Positions 23,950-36,461 of a stretch of DNA of 64,000 nucleotides are shown here, piece after piece. The position numbers and the translations under genes are program-made. This DNA is from Eutreptiella sp. 'Long Island Sound 2002' (lineage: Eukaryota > Protista > Euglenida). Location: contig OZ038378.1 of assembly GCA_964036045.1 (NCBI GenBank), positions 4,464,001 to 4,528,000 on the forward strand, read 5' to 3'. Within the stretch, counting starts at the first letter, position 1; the number at the start of each line of letters is the position of its first letter. The notes under the pieces were generated by a model that was not told where the DNA came from, did not search any database, and was given only the letters and a program-made list of their open reading frames with translations.

Positions 23950-24132
23950 ACTTGTGGAGACCTACACCCCAATGCAGGACCTACTACGTTTGCGCTAATC
24001 AACGCCACAGCCCTCAGAGCGCATCTCCACATGATCTTTGACCTGCATCACGATGTAGTGGCACTAGCTGAAACACGCCTCACCCAGGGGTCCCAAAACG
24101 CCATGGCCCTCCCGGCCAGAGAGAAAAGCTGA
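23950..24132 (+). mobile_element. Non-LTR retrotransposon APE endonuclease N-terminus preceded by 2A-like motif
   Basis: CGDLHPNAGP-TTFALINATAL...HHDVVALAETRL has the typical GDxxxNPGP followed by APE motifs I/II. Confidence 0.7.
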
Positions 24133-24985
24133 AAGCCTTTCCGGGGTGCCCTTACGTCCCGCTCAGGAGGCATATGGGGAGCGGCAGAAATGGGTAATTG
24201 TTGGCGCAGAGGACATTGTTGTCTTCCTCGTCCATAAGGTCCACGAAAAGTCAGGCTGCATCCAGGGTTGGGGTTTGCCTCCTAGAGAAGCGTGGCGCGG
24301 ACGAGGTGCACAGGGGGTTGCCACGCACAAGGCACACACCAAGGGTGGTTTGCGCCTTAAGTGAGTAACACGGCGCGCGATTGCATGGAAACACTCACAC
24401 ACACACTCTGCCTTCCTCAGGCACACCCTTCAAAGACATCTCCTTCTCTGACAACACATTCTGCCGAACAATCCCTCCATCCCTCTGGGAGTCTGTACTC
24501 CACATGTGTACTCGTGTTGAACCAGCACCACGAAGACCTATGGCCAAAGGACGCAGCCCTCATCGGTGGACAAGAGTGACAGGGGCACACAACACATCCA
24601 CACACACACTTGGTGAAGGGGATCAGAGAACGAAACCGCGAAAGCGCACCGTCATCCACACACACACACACTTCGTGCGGGAAAACCAGTGGGGACCAAA
24701 CGCGGGGCACAACGTCAGTGAAGACGAAAGCAGGCGAAGGCAGAGCACTGGTCACCGAGACAATTTCATCAGGCCATTAACAAAAAGGTAGGCAAGGTCC
24801 TTTCTGAGACAGGAGTGACGGTGAAGAGGAATTTGTTCTCACAGTGCTTGGTGCGCTGATCACTACAGACCCTGCCCACTGTCCGGCCCTGTCTAGCCAA
24901 TGATTGTATGAAATGTTGAAAACCCGCAGCGCTACTTACATGTCTACTCTGGAGGCGCTTAGCTGGAGACGGGTGTAACCACCCG

Positions 24986-24987
<2 letters not shown>

Positions 24988-25071
<84 letters not shown>
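24988..25071. repeat. (CA)n microsatellite
   Basis: About 42 perfect CA units. Confidence 0.97.
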
Positions 25072-25077
<6 letters not shown>

Positions 25078-25989
25078 TGTGAGTCAGACGCATTCAGCAG
25101 CCAGGCTCAGTGCAGAGGCGCACACACAAAATACTATACTTTAGGGCCATGCCAGGGCCACTGCCTCATTGGGCTCAACGCGGGATGAAGATTAATGAGG
25201 CCCAGAGCCACAGCACCGCACATCCAAAGCCTCGACACATGGGGCCTCATGCTGTGGGCGAGCCCACGTAACACTCCATGCACACCGACCGTCCACTGCA
25301 TGCACGGGAGGCGCTTGCAGGGCCCTGAAAACACATTGCTCCAAGCCTGACAGGCCACTGTGCCGTGTCAAACCCGATCTGATTGTGGGAACCTTCAGCG
25401 CCACTGCAACAGACAGGTGTTGATGGCCCCGGGACCCCCCCCCAAAAAATCCTTCCAAGTTTCCCTGGCACTGCAGAGTGGCCTGACAATGTGGGGCGCA
25501 TATATGATCCTTTGCATAACTTTCATATCTGTTTTGGTCAAGCTTATGTACAAACTGCACTAAGGCACCTCCGAAAAGGTTTCTGGACTCTACATCAGCA
25601 GTGTTGCCCTCAACACTCTCTGTCTTTCGAAGATCCACTACTACAGAAGACCTGTTGTCGATAGAGAGGACGTGGACAGTTCTGGAATTTGATGTTTAGG
25701 ATTGCAGCAAGAGCTGCCACGCCAAAGCAAAATCACTGAGACGTCTCAGAGCTGGAAATCTCAAGAACAGGAAAATCAGGTAGTGTGAAATACAAGCGAG
25801 TTGCATAACTCTGGTATTAGTGCAAAGCAGTGCAATACAACGAGTGCACGACACTGCTGCGTGCTGTTCCAGTGTTAAGAGCCTGAGACTGACCTGTCAA
25901 GTTGCCGCAAGGGGGCATTCAGATTGTGGCTCGAGCTCTGGCCAAAGACCAGCTTATGCAGAGAAGTGCTTGCAACGAACAGGGGCCTA

Positions 25990-27360
25990 CCCCCCCCACC
26001 TTGCGCAAGCACGGCCGCGGTCCCAAAAGTCAGCTCAAACCGGCGGTTCAACGCCCAGTGTTTGGGAGTGTTTGCCCGGCGCGCACTCGGCGCGCTACTT
26101 TTCTGTTAACTATCCCGACTTCAGCCCCAGATTTACCCTCGCATGGAGAAGCCCCCCAAGTAGACCACATTGCACTGCACACCTTCCCTACAAAGCACAT
26201 TGCATAATAAAGCAATATCTGTGAATTCAACAACTCCAAATGTCATTTGTATTGTACTTAACAAACAACATTGGTCCCACAGGTGTGGGTGTCAATACAT
26301 TCAGTACAGTAGTGCTCTTCACACTCACCACAAACTGCGACGGTAGAGCGCTTCTGGCAACACAACACACACACTTCTGCCTCATCCTCTACCTCATCTT
26401 GCGTGGTGGCCGAGTTGCTTTGGTCAGTCCAAACATGACGCGGGACATGCTCCCCTGGTCCATAGGGGGGGTGACACACCTACCTGCGAATGCAAAATTG
26501 TGTAAAATGCAACAAAATACGGACTGATTGGTGCAACTCATTGGGGCCGCAATGCCAGATGTTCCTAACCATGCCCTAATGCCACAAGCGAGCAAACAGC
26601 TGCTCAATGCGTGCCCTATACCACCCATGCACGTCATTGTAAGATTGTTGGCGGGCTATCAAAGTGCCATTCTTTCTTCCAATGAATGGCACAATGACCA
26701 TAGTATCACAACGTATGGGGTTCTAGGACGGCTAGACATCCAAATAGTTGCACTGTGCGCGAACTGCGCTTAGTGCACTGGTGGTCACTGGTGGGGCACG
26801 GGTCAAAAAAGATGCCCGGCGCGTCGCGTGCCCGGCATGCTAACGCTCCCCCCATGCTTAGACAAGGCCGTGCATGCGCGTGACACACGTGACAGCAAAG
26901 CACGCGCGGGCCTCAAACTTTATACAAAGCATGGTACAATGCACAAGCAACTGTCCAAATATTCTGCTTGTCCTTATTCACTGTCGAGGGCATCGGGTGG
27001 ATCGGGTTCAAATGGATTTAGTTGTCCCCATGACGAGAGGGACCGATAATAGTGGCAGACGCATGTTCCCCGGTGCTCCGAACGTACGTGACAGCCATGC
27101 CGGGAATAACATTGTTAGCCATGGCTGAAATTCACATCAGAACAAACAGCATGGGGTGGTAATGTGTTGTACAATGTTGTTATGAACAGAATGCACCATC
27201 ACAGACATTACTGAGCCCCTCTTTCCCTGTACAAGCGCTCTACAAACACCCAATCCTCCAATCTGGAGCACAAAAACAGTGGTCCCAAAATTTCCTTAAA
27301 ACGGCGTTTCAACGCCAACCCCGTGCTTAGGCAAGGCCATGCATGCGCAAGGGGGGGGGG
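25990..27360. mobile_element. Composite element with poly-C/poly-G TIRs (same family as 43089-43477) enclosing a Harbinger fragment
   Basis: Left end TA|CCCCCCCCACCTTGCGCAAGCACGGCC and right end GGCCATGCATGCGCAAGGGGGGGGGG. 27100-27360 matches 43205-43470. Confidence 0.75.
26093..26698 (-). mobile_element. PIF/Harbinger transposase remnant, copy 2 (C-terminus with Cys-rich Zn-finger-like tail and 3' flank)
   Basis: Close match to 19189-19571 plus 21110-21340. Encodes ...CVLCCQKRSTVAVCGECEEHYCTECIDTHTC. Confidence 0.8.
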
Positions 27361-28334
27361 TCTAATCTGCCCCACACGGGGGCCTGTGGGCCTGCCTCCA
27401 CACGAAGGCTGCGGATGGCAGGGCACGCAGCTCCTGCCTGGTTGGACCGCTACCTGAGCACCAGATTGAAGTTTCAGGTGGTGTCTCGGCTGAAAGATGT
27501 GTTCAGATAGAGCCTGGGCTGCCAAGCCCCAGGATTGTAGCATTGTGTCAAACAACCCCTCAATCAAACACAAACGCCACCACCGATGACCACTGCAGAA
27601 GATGTGGATTGTGTAACTAGGGCCAGTCCCCACGCCCACCCAAGCTACTCACAGAAAAGCAGGAGAAGATGCGAATCACAGTGCGGCACAGCATGGTCCT
27701 TTTGCAGTGGTGCACAGCTGTACCATGCCAAATCACGTTTGCAGGCCGCAGGATGGTTCCAACGAAACAGAGGAGAACTAGCCTTTCAGAGGGAGCGTTT
27801 GTGTACAGCACCCACCAGCTGGAGCTTGTTACCAGAAATCTGCCTGGGACCGCCCCCCTCTATAAAGAGCTGAGGTTGGCACCACAAAGACGGCATCAGT
27901 TTCCTCCCTGGTCCTCCAGGCCCTCAGGTGGGGGCCACTGGACATCTCCAGTTGCAATGCCCCTACAAGGGAGGGGGGGGGGGGTTTAGTGCAGCAGAAT
28001 TTTTGCCCCGAAAAATTTAGTATGGGAGAAATTTGCCACGATCCGTAAAAGCGATGGGCAAAATTGCGCCACACTTTTGCATGGTGAAGGGCAAGGCCCC
28101 AGGTTGGCTCTGCGCAGGGGGGCACCACTTGAGGAAAAGGTGTGATGAGGGTCTAGTTTGCTCAGGTCCACACAATTACCCGCACTGCAAATGACATCCA
28201 AATTACTGATTGCGCCCGGCCGTTGACCAACCGCGTCTCATCTGGACCTGGTGCATTCACTCACTGCATGCAGAAAATTGTGCACAACTGACGAAAAAAA
28301 TTGACGCGCCTGGTAGGTAAGGAGGAGTGTAGTC

Positions 28335-28398
28335 AACACATGGATCCACGGACCTTGAACTTTAGAGTTGAATGCATCAACAACTGAGCTACCACCGG
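28335..28398 (-). other. Degenerate tRNA-like sequence (possible SINE head)
   Basis: GGTAGCTCAGTTG A-box followed by an anticodon-arm-like segment and a degenerate B-box. Confidence 0.3.
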
Positions 28399-31000
28399 AA
28401 CCTGTCAGTACTGTGTAACAGAGGGTTCAAAGCTTGAACATGATGCCCAGAAAAAAGTATGGGAAAAACTCGCCACAATTGGGGGTACTAAATTTTTCAG
28501 AATTTCTCCCGCACTAAATCCCAGCCCCCCCCCCCCCCTTGTATTCCATTTTCAAAGCTTCTGGGGTTCAAGAGCATTGTTCAGCACATGCACAGCACCA
28601 AATACGCCATGTGACACAGCATGCCCTGAATGTGGCTCTTGGGACATGGTTCTCAACAGCTGGGTACTGCAGGCGGACACCGCGGGCCCCTCTTTGCCCC
28701 ACTACTAAACCAGCACCGTCACGCCCCTTCTCAAGCAGATCTGCGAACATGTGCAGACATTGACTCTGGACACTTCTGACTTCACATAGAGGGATCCATT
28801 GCATCCTGCCCTAATCTACCACATGAAGCAACCCCAACCGTAAGCAATTCTTTGCCAATGCCATCCGCTCCAAGGCATTACCCTTGCCATTGAACCGACT
28901 TTCATGCGGTTTGCAGTGCGGTGCACGATGGCCGACGTGGACACCGTATCTTTTGTGGTCACGTGGTGATTTGGACCAATGGGACCAGGAATGGCCCCAA
29001 CGGTAAGAGATCGGCTGAGAAGGGGGGCCTCAGCGTATCGAGGGTGCTGACTCCAGGGGCAAGGGCGTTACGGAGCAAAAAGGCGATTCGTATGCGAGTC
29101 TGGATTCAATCAAAGACCATACCAGACACCACATCGTTGACCGATTCATCGATGCGAGTTCACATGAGCGGGCGCTCCCCCCGTCACACCTGAGGACCGC
29201 TCGCAAGAGCCTACTTGTCGATCAGAGCACGGAAATGGCATGTGCTGCATGGAGATACCCATGCCACTGTTACGGGGCCTCCTCCTGTGACGGCCTCATT
29301 AGTGTCCAGTTACGACTGTGCAGCCTGGTGCATTGTAGGCCTCTGGACGCGGAGGGGGGGCGGGGGGGGGGGGGGATAGAGCAGAACTTTGGTCCTGGAG
29401 CAGGGCTCCCTCGCGGGTGTAGTGCTAAGGTGGCCATTGGAGGGTTCGTGCCACGGTCGGCAATGGGGCACAGAATTTTGCAAAGTGGAAGTGGAGGCTC
29501 GCCCATGCAGTCGGGCCTCCTGCCTCTCAGAGGCCTCTCTGTTGTGGTGGTCTAGGAGAGGGAGGGGGGAGGGGGCACACCGGGGGAGGAGGGGGACAGG
29601 CCGACATGTATGGACGTCATGCCGAGCAACTTCTTGGAGGGCTGGCGAATCTTGGCCATCCCGGGTGCCGCCGGACAATGGCGCCCCTGAGCGCACAGCC
29701 TTGCGACCGGTGCGATGACGTGTGTTGATGGGGGCAGGAATGCGGCGGTGCCTCACCTTCCGGGGACCGGCAGCAACACACCACCACCGCCCCCATGCTG
29801 CTGTACACAGTGCGGGAGGTATGAATGGGCCATGCCACACCTCTGGTCTGCGTAGCACAACGACCGGGGCGTTGGAGCAGCGGCCCCATGCTGCCCCCTG
29901 TTACACGCACCGGGTGCATACGGTGCGTGCAACGCCCCATCCCCCCCTCTACACAGAACAATCACGTCAAATGGTCTCGGACGGCACCCACCGCCACGTC
30001 CCGGCGTCACGAGTGTGTGCAGACGGTGGGATCATCTGGGCTGCCCTTAGTGCCGAAGGAAAACACAGGCTGCTGGGCTCCGGTACGCCTGGACCTGAAT
30101 AGAACACCGGACGATCCGCAACTGCTGTCGGTTACCCAACCGGCGCCGGTTGACCCTCGTCGATTAACCGCCAACCGCCGCCGGTTGACCGTAATCCTGC
30201 CAAAAACCTTTGGGCTGTCCTTGTCAAGCAGGCCCAAATAGAGCACCACAGCATCGCCCGCATCATCAGCCCGGGGCATCATCAAGTGAGCTGCCGATGA
30301 AGGCCCAAGCCGCTCGTCTGCGGAGGCTCGTCGCAGGGTTCCCTGCCCCCGGCATCAGCCGCGTTGCCTTGGGTTAGCGCGGTGATCCCCCTCTCGCCCC
30401 TCTGGAGTCAGCGCTGGTGCCCCCTCCGGCCCTCGACAGCCTCTGGTGCAGGCCCCCTGGCTCTCTGAGAAGGCTATTGCTTACGGACCCCCCCCCGGGG
30501 CGGGGGGGGGCGGGGGGCGGGGGTTGTTGAGGGCCCTGGGAAGCCCCGGTCGACCGACCCACCCACCCACATCAGAAAATTTTTCCTCAGAACAAAAAAT
30601 GAAATCTATTAAAGGGGCCGGAAATTTGAGGCCATTTTCGGGACACGAACTTTTTGTTGGCCTCTGACGTCTCTCTGGGTTCTCCCCAAGCAGTAGCCGC
30701 CTCTGAGGTCAGTGCTTCCCCCGAAGTTGAGCTGCCACCTGCGGAATCGGGCCCACCACCGGCGGCGACCCTCAACGCCTGGTCCGCTCGAGTGCGTCGG
30801 TGGCGTGTCGCAGAGATCGGGTCAACGTCGTTGATCACGTCGCGTCGCCGTTATCATTAGAGGGGGGGGGGGGGGGCGCAGAGGCAATCAACAAAGGCCA
30901 GAGGACAGAAGCGGGTCTGAGAAACGTCTCGTGGCGGCGCGGCCACGCAGTCCACACCTCGCCACCCCTGCGGACGGGGGCTCGGCTGTGGCCCACGCCG

Positions 31001-31285
<285 letters not shown>

Positions 31286-32169
31286 CGCGCCAGTGCAGAG
31301 TGCGTCACCCCCCGCACGACGGCGGTCCGCGCACACCACCACCCACGACCCCACGACGGAAGCGCTCCATTCAAAAGCGGGGGGGCACTTGGTCGTGCCA
31401 TTCCGCATTTGCGCTGCGGCCCCCGGGCGCGGCTGCGTCCGTGCGGACGCTCTCGAAGTCGTTGGCATTCCACTTTGCCGCCGCCGCCCCCCCGCACTCC
31501 CCCCGTTCGCTACCTCTGCCTCTGCCCCTTCGGGGTCCCTGGCCTTTGCCTGTGCCCCTCGTCACCCCTCGTCACCGCGCATGATGGAGGCGCTCCCGGG
31601 GCTGCTCTTTGGCGCAGGTTTGTGTGAGATGAGCCGGACTGGAAATGCGTGTACTTTCCTCGACGGTTGTAGTACACGGCCCGGCCCGGCACGCCTGCAC
31701 TTGGTTCGTGCGGCACGGTGCTGTCGTGTAGGGTGCACCATGTCCCACGGTGCCGCCGGTTGTCTCCCGGTATATGCAACACGGTGCACAGCGTTCTATG
31801 TCGTGTGGCGTTGTCTTGCATCAGGGGCTGCCGCGCTTTGCGTCAGGTGCGCACTGTGATGCTGTACACTGTTTGGTCTAGTGTGGCACTTCTTGCTTCT
31901 ATTATCGGATGGTGTTGTATTGCTGTGTTGCGGAGCATGGCATTGTGCAAGGGAAGCGTTGATTGCGTGGTGGCATTGCACAGCGCATCATGCTTCTTTG
32001 CAGTTTGGCAGCGACACGGAGTGTCGTCATGCTGTGTGGGCGGGCTGTTGTCCAGGGGTGCTGTCCGTTTCTGTATCACTACCCTGTTGCGGTGGCTCGC
32101 TGAATCCCATTCTGGACAGAATAATGTCTGGTGGCTGCTGCACTACAACGTCTGTTGCTGGGGCACCAC

Positions 32170-32424
32170 CTAATGCTCCACGCGCATGTCATCCAAAAGC
32201 CCCTCGGAATGCGCCAGAAGCACAAGTTCGGCCATGAAGCCGCGGTTGCTCAGGATCACTGTGCGGGCGTTGTACACACGCTGGACCGTGTCCAGCAGCA
32301 TCCGGCGCATTGTGACCATCAGATATGCGATGCAGAGGGTGGCACTGCGGTTGATGCCCGCAAAGCAGTGGACCAGGATTCGGCGGCCACTGATACGCGC
32401 CTTGTTAATGAACTGGCAGGCCTC
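32170..32424 (-). CDS. Dual-specificity protein phosphatase, last exon (catalytic motif)
   Basis: ATTCAG|GAG GCC acceptor. Translation EACQFINKARISGRRILVHCFAGINRSATLCIAYLM contains the HCxxGxxRS signature. Confidence 0.92.
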   Translation of the reverse strand, partial: EACQFINKARISGRRILVHCFAGINRSATLCIAYLMVTMRRMLLDTVQRVYNARTVILSNRGFMAELVLLAHSEGLLDDMRVEH

Positions 32425-32883
32425 CTGAATGGTATTGGAAATGCGGCGAATGGGGGTGTGCGTGTGGTGAAGGCGGTCGGAAAGGAGGGTCTGAATGCAG
32501 TGAATGGGAGGTGGTGATGCAGTGGATGGGGGTGTGACTGGACGAATGTGTGTGTGATGGGCAAATTGGGGTGCGGATAAAGTGAGGCAGGGTGTGAATG
32601 GGGTGTCTGGGATTGGACCTGCGGTGAATTGGGGTGCGGCTGCGTGAACGTCGGTGTGAAGGCAGCATATTTTTTCGAAACGCATTGAAGAGGACGCGGG
32701 ATTGCAATGAACGGGGCTGAGAATTGGGTCAATGGGGTGCTAATGCAGTGAACGGGGCTGGGAATACGGTGCATAGGGGTGTGAATGTGGTGAACGGGAG
32801 GTAGAACGCCCTCCTACACCGCCCTGTAGCGGGCAGAAGCAAACAACACCACGCTTGTAACCATCTTTGAGTGGGAGTGGGAG

Positions 32884-33081
32884 AACACAATACTGCTTTG
32901 TCTCACAAATGACCAAACACAATACTGCTTTGTCTCACAAATGACCAAACACAATACTGCTTTGTCTCACAAGTGACCAAACACAATACTGCTTTGTCTC
33001 ACAAGTGACCAAACACAATACTGCTTTGTCTCACAAGTGACCAAACACAATACTGCTTTGTCTCACAAGTGACCAAACACA
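32884..33081. repeat. 32-bp minisatellite x6 (intronic)
   Basis: AACACAATACTGCTTTGTCTCACAARTGACCA head-to-tail with no spacers. Confidence 0.97.
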
Positions 33082-33840
33082 GGTGCTTAGTCTGCTCAGC
33101 TGTCTGCCCTGGTAGCCAAATGCAGGGGTGTACTGGGGTTATTTTGTACGAACCAATTGCCGTGTGACCCTGCCTTTGGCGGGGCTAGAGTTGCACTCGT
33201 AAATTCCAGTGGGCTTTCCAGGAGGTTCCGGCATTGTACTGTTCATTTCTGGGAGGTTCCATGATTGCGCTGCTAGTTTGTAGGAGGTTCCAGAATGGCA
33301 TTCTTAACTTCCAGGAGGTTCCAAGATTGCTGCTCCCAAGGGGTGCTCCTCAACACCCAAAGAAACCAACGAACTGAGACAGGTGTGAATGCAGTGAAAA
33401 GGGCGTCTGAATGCGGCGCATCGGGGGTGTTGATGCAGTGAATATGGGATGGATGTGTGCATGTGGTGCATAGGGGGTGTGAATGTGGTGCATTGGGGGT
33501 GGCGTGTATCCAGTGACTAGGGTCTGTGAGTGCGGTGCATAGGGGTGTGAATGCAGTGTGCAGGGGGTGTGAATGTGGTGTATAGTATGTGTGCATGCGG
33601 CGCATTGCATGAGTGAATGCAGCGTGTAGGAGTTGTGAATGTGTTGCATGCGGTGCATGGAGGGTGCGAATACAGGGGAGGTGGAAAATTGGCTTGCGCC
33701 CGGGGGGGGTCACGGCTGTCGCCTGAAGGAGGGGGGGGGGGGGGTTTGGGAAATGGACACCTGTGACAGGACCGGTCCTCATTGTCAGCCTTTTTTTTTA
33801 CTATGCTATACACTCTCTGATTTTTGAATGTAGGCAGATC

Positions 33841-33906
33841 CTGGCTTAGCTTGGTTGGTAGTAGGCCTTGGCTTCATCCCCAGAGATCCTGGGTTCAAAC
33901 CCAGCT
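33841..33906 (+). other. Degenerate tRNA-like sequence (possible SINE head)
   Basis: TAGCTTGGTTGG A-box, CTGGGTTCAAACCCAG T-arm hairpin, imperfect anticodon stem. Confidence 0.4.
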
Positions 33907-35212
33907 TCATGCAATGTTTTTCCCTTCGCTTTTTTGGTCTTTTTTATGTCTTCATGTTTGCATGTTTGCATGTGCATGCCCCCCCCAAGACAGTTTTCTA
34001 CAGGTCCCCCCATCAGGGGGGACCCTTTCAGTCAGTCACAGGCACACATACCCCTTTAACCCCCCCCCCCCTGCTCTCGACCCCTTCCCCGAAGCAACCA
34101 GCCCCTGACAAGGAAACAAACAAAAGTCAGTTCAACACAGGGGGCCACTGACAGCACCACTTTGCAAATCTTTTTTTTCTTTTTTGGCGAACCATCCTTT
34201 CTGAGTTAAACAGGTGCTGTCTGATGGCTGGGTGCCTGGGCAGGCAGGTTTCACCTTCTTGCCCTACCCCCCCCGTGCTATGGGATGCAACCGGAATAGA
34301 CCGGACATAAATACCACCACCGTTGGGGGTAGGGGAGGGACTGGGGGGCTGTGTATACCGGTTGTCATTGCCCCGTCACGGCGGGCCAGAAGGGGGGGGG
34401 GGGGGGTTTGGGAAATGGACATCCGTGACCCCCCGTGGGCGCAAGCCAATTTTCCCCCACCCCAGGGGGTGCCCAGGGCTGCCCAGGACTGATCCGTCTG
34501 CCAGGGCAAACAAGTCTGTACAGGGCTGGGCCCCACACCCCTCCCAGCCCCCAGTATTCAGGCAAAGCTTAGGCGTAAATCCAGGGCCCACCAGTCTACC
34601 AGCTTCCATTGGCACGGCATCCCGGCCATTGCCTTTCAGTCCCAGCGCCTTCAGCACAGCGGAAGCGCAGCTCCTGGACGCCCCGCCATGGGCCTTGAGG
34701 CCCTGCTCGAGCCTTGGGGAGCAGTGAGTGTGCCACATCATCAACCCGTCCTAGATCTGGCAGATGAATTCGTCCTCCGTGATGTAGGGCCAGGGCTTCT
34801 TTTGGGGGTGAGGGGGGAGGGGGTTTTGGACCCAAAACTTGGTGTACCAAAAATGGCCTGACCAGATTTTCCCTATTGTAAATTTCGTTTTTTCCCACGA
34901 TGGTCACTTTGGTCTGGGGAGGGGGGGAGGGGTTTTTGGGGGAGGCCCCCCCCCCCTTGGTTTTTAATTATTCTAAAGAAGCCCTGTGTAGGGCCCTGCC
35001 ACCTCCATGTGCGCCTGGCACAGGGGCGGGTTGTTATGGCCGCCGCCCACTATTCCAGGACGGACGGTTCATGGGGGTGTGCGTGCAGTGCATGGGGGTG
35101 TGTGTGCTGTGGATGGGATGAAAAATGCGTTGAATCAGCTTCGATATGGAGAGATTGGGTTGAATGAGGTGCAGGTCGCTGGGAAGGCCATGCTAGAATA
35201 GGGGGCGGAGAC

Positions 35213-35560
35213 CTCCAAATGATTTGGGAGCAGCTTGTACTCCAAAGTGTCCTCTGCGTTGATGGCCATGTACATAAAGTCCCCGGGGTAGGTCTGTCGG
35301 CTAGTGTTGACCATATTGGGGGCACAGTTCAGCACCATGCTGATGCCGAGGGCTTGCAGCATCGGAACGTTGCGGGCATGGCCAACATCTCCAAGATACA
35401 AATACGGGAGGAGCTCTGATGGCTTCTGCAGCTTCTCCGTCCGGTATGAGTCTTTGACGATGTCGTAGACGCGCTCCACCCAGTACTGGGTCTCATGTAC
35501 GCCCAGACCGCCCAATCGCAGTGGAGGGTGCGTTTCTCTGGCGCTTGGCATGCATGCAAC
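35213..35560 (-). CDS. Dual-specificity protein phosphatase, internal exon (5' exons unresolved)
   Basis: PSELLPYLYLGDVGHARNVPMLQALGISMVLNCA...AINAEDTLEYKLLPNHLE|GT. Splices in phase 0 to 32424 giving NHLE/EACQFI. Confidence 0.9.
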
Positions 35561-36461
35561 CTGAGATGCCGCAACAACTCGCGTCCGCCAATCCGACCCA
35601 TCAAAGCAACAGGGGGCAGGCAATGCAAAAACACCACTCCCTCCTGGCGTCCCTCTCTCCCCACTTTGCTGGCGTCCCTTTCTCCCCACTTTGCCTCAAA
35701 GAGCACTGGATTCAATCAATTCTGCCCAAAAGGATGTGGGCACAATCAAAATCTGCACTCCTGAGTTGTGTCAGAGCTTTTCAAAGCAGTTTTCAAATGG
35801 CATCCAAATGTGGCCGTAATGAATTCTGCCATATTTCAAGATGGGGACATAGGGTGTGGGTCCAAACATCAAGGGCAGATCAAAATTGCACAAGTGGGGG
35901 GGGGGGGGGATCCCATCTCAGATTCCTTACGTGGGGGGCACTGTTTGGGACAAGGGGGGGGGGGGGGGTTAATGCAGTGAGATGCGATGGGGAGACAAGA
36001 AGCTTACAGCCAAAACAGTACGCTGAAAAGTGATACAATGAGATAGAGGAGAACACTAATGCCTCCATATCCATCACACTTGGTACCGCATGGTCCCGTG
36101 CAGAGTCTTCTCTTGTGCTTTGTCTGCTTGCGAATTGCACGACAACCTCCCTTGTCAGCTGTTTGGGTTGACAAAGATGAAATGGTCCGTGCAACGTGCA
36201 TGCACTCATGATGAGAAATGGAAGGTATTTGACCTATCTAATCCATAATGTGCAAAGTAGTTGCCGCACAAACAAATGCTTGTGTTTGTGCTTTTTGTTT
36301 GTCCTTGTGCCATCGGCCGTGAGTGCAGTACATACAATTTGAAGGCGGATGGGACAGAATGTAACTCACGCGGTAAAAGTGGGGCAACACATGCTTTCGG
36401 GCTGTCAGAAATCTGATGGCCGATCTTGTCATTGTGCGCGAGGGGTGTGTTGGGCTAATTG

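Noticed and set aside
25192-25670. Possible second pogo-like fragment (LSIDNRSS...KLD)
   Set aside because: The similarity is too weak to support a call.
32884-33081. 32-bp repeats as a CRISPR array
   Set aside because: The units are contiguous with no spacers, lie in an intron, and no cas genes are present.
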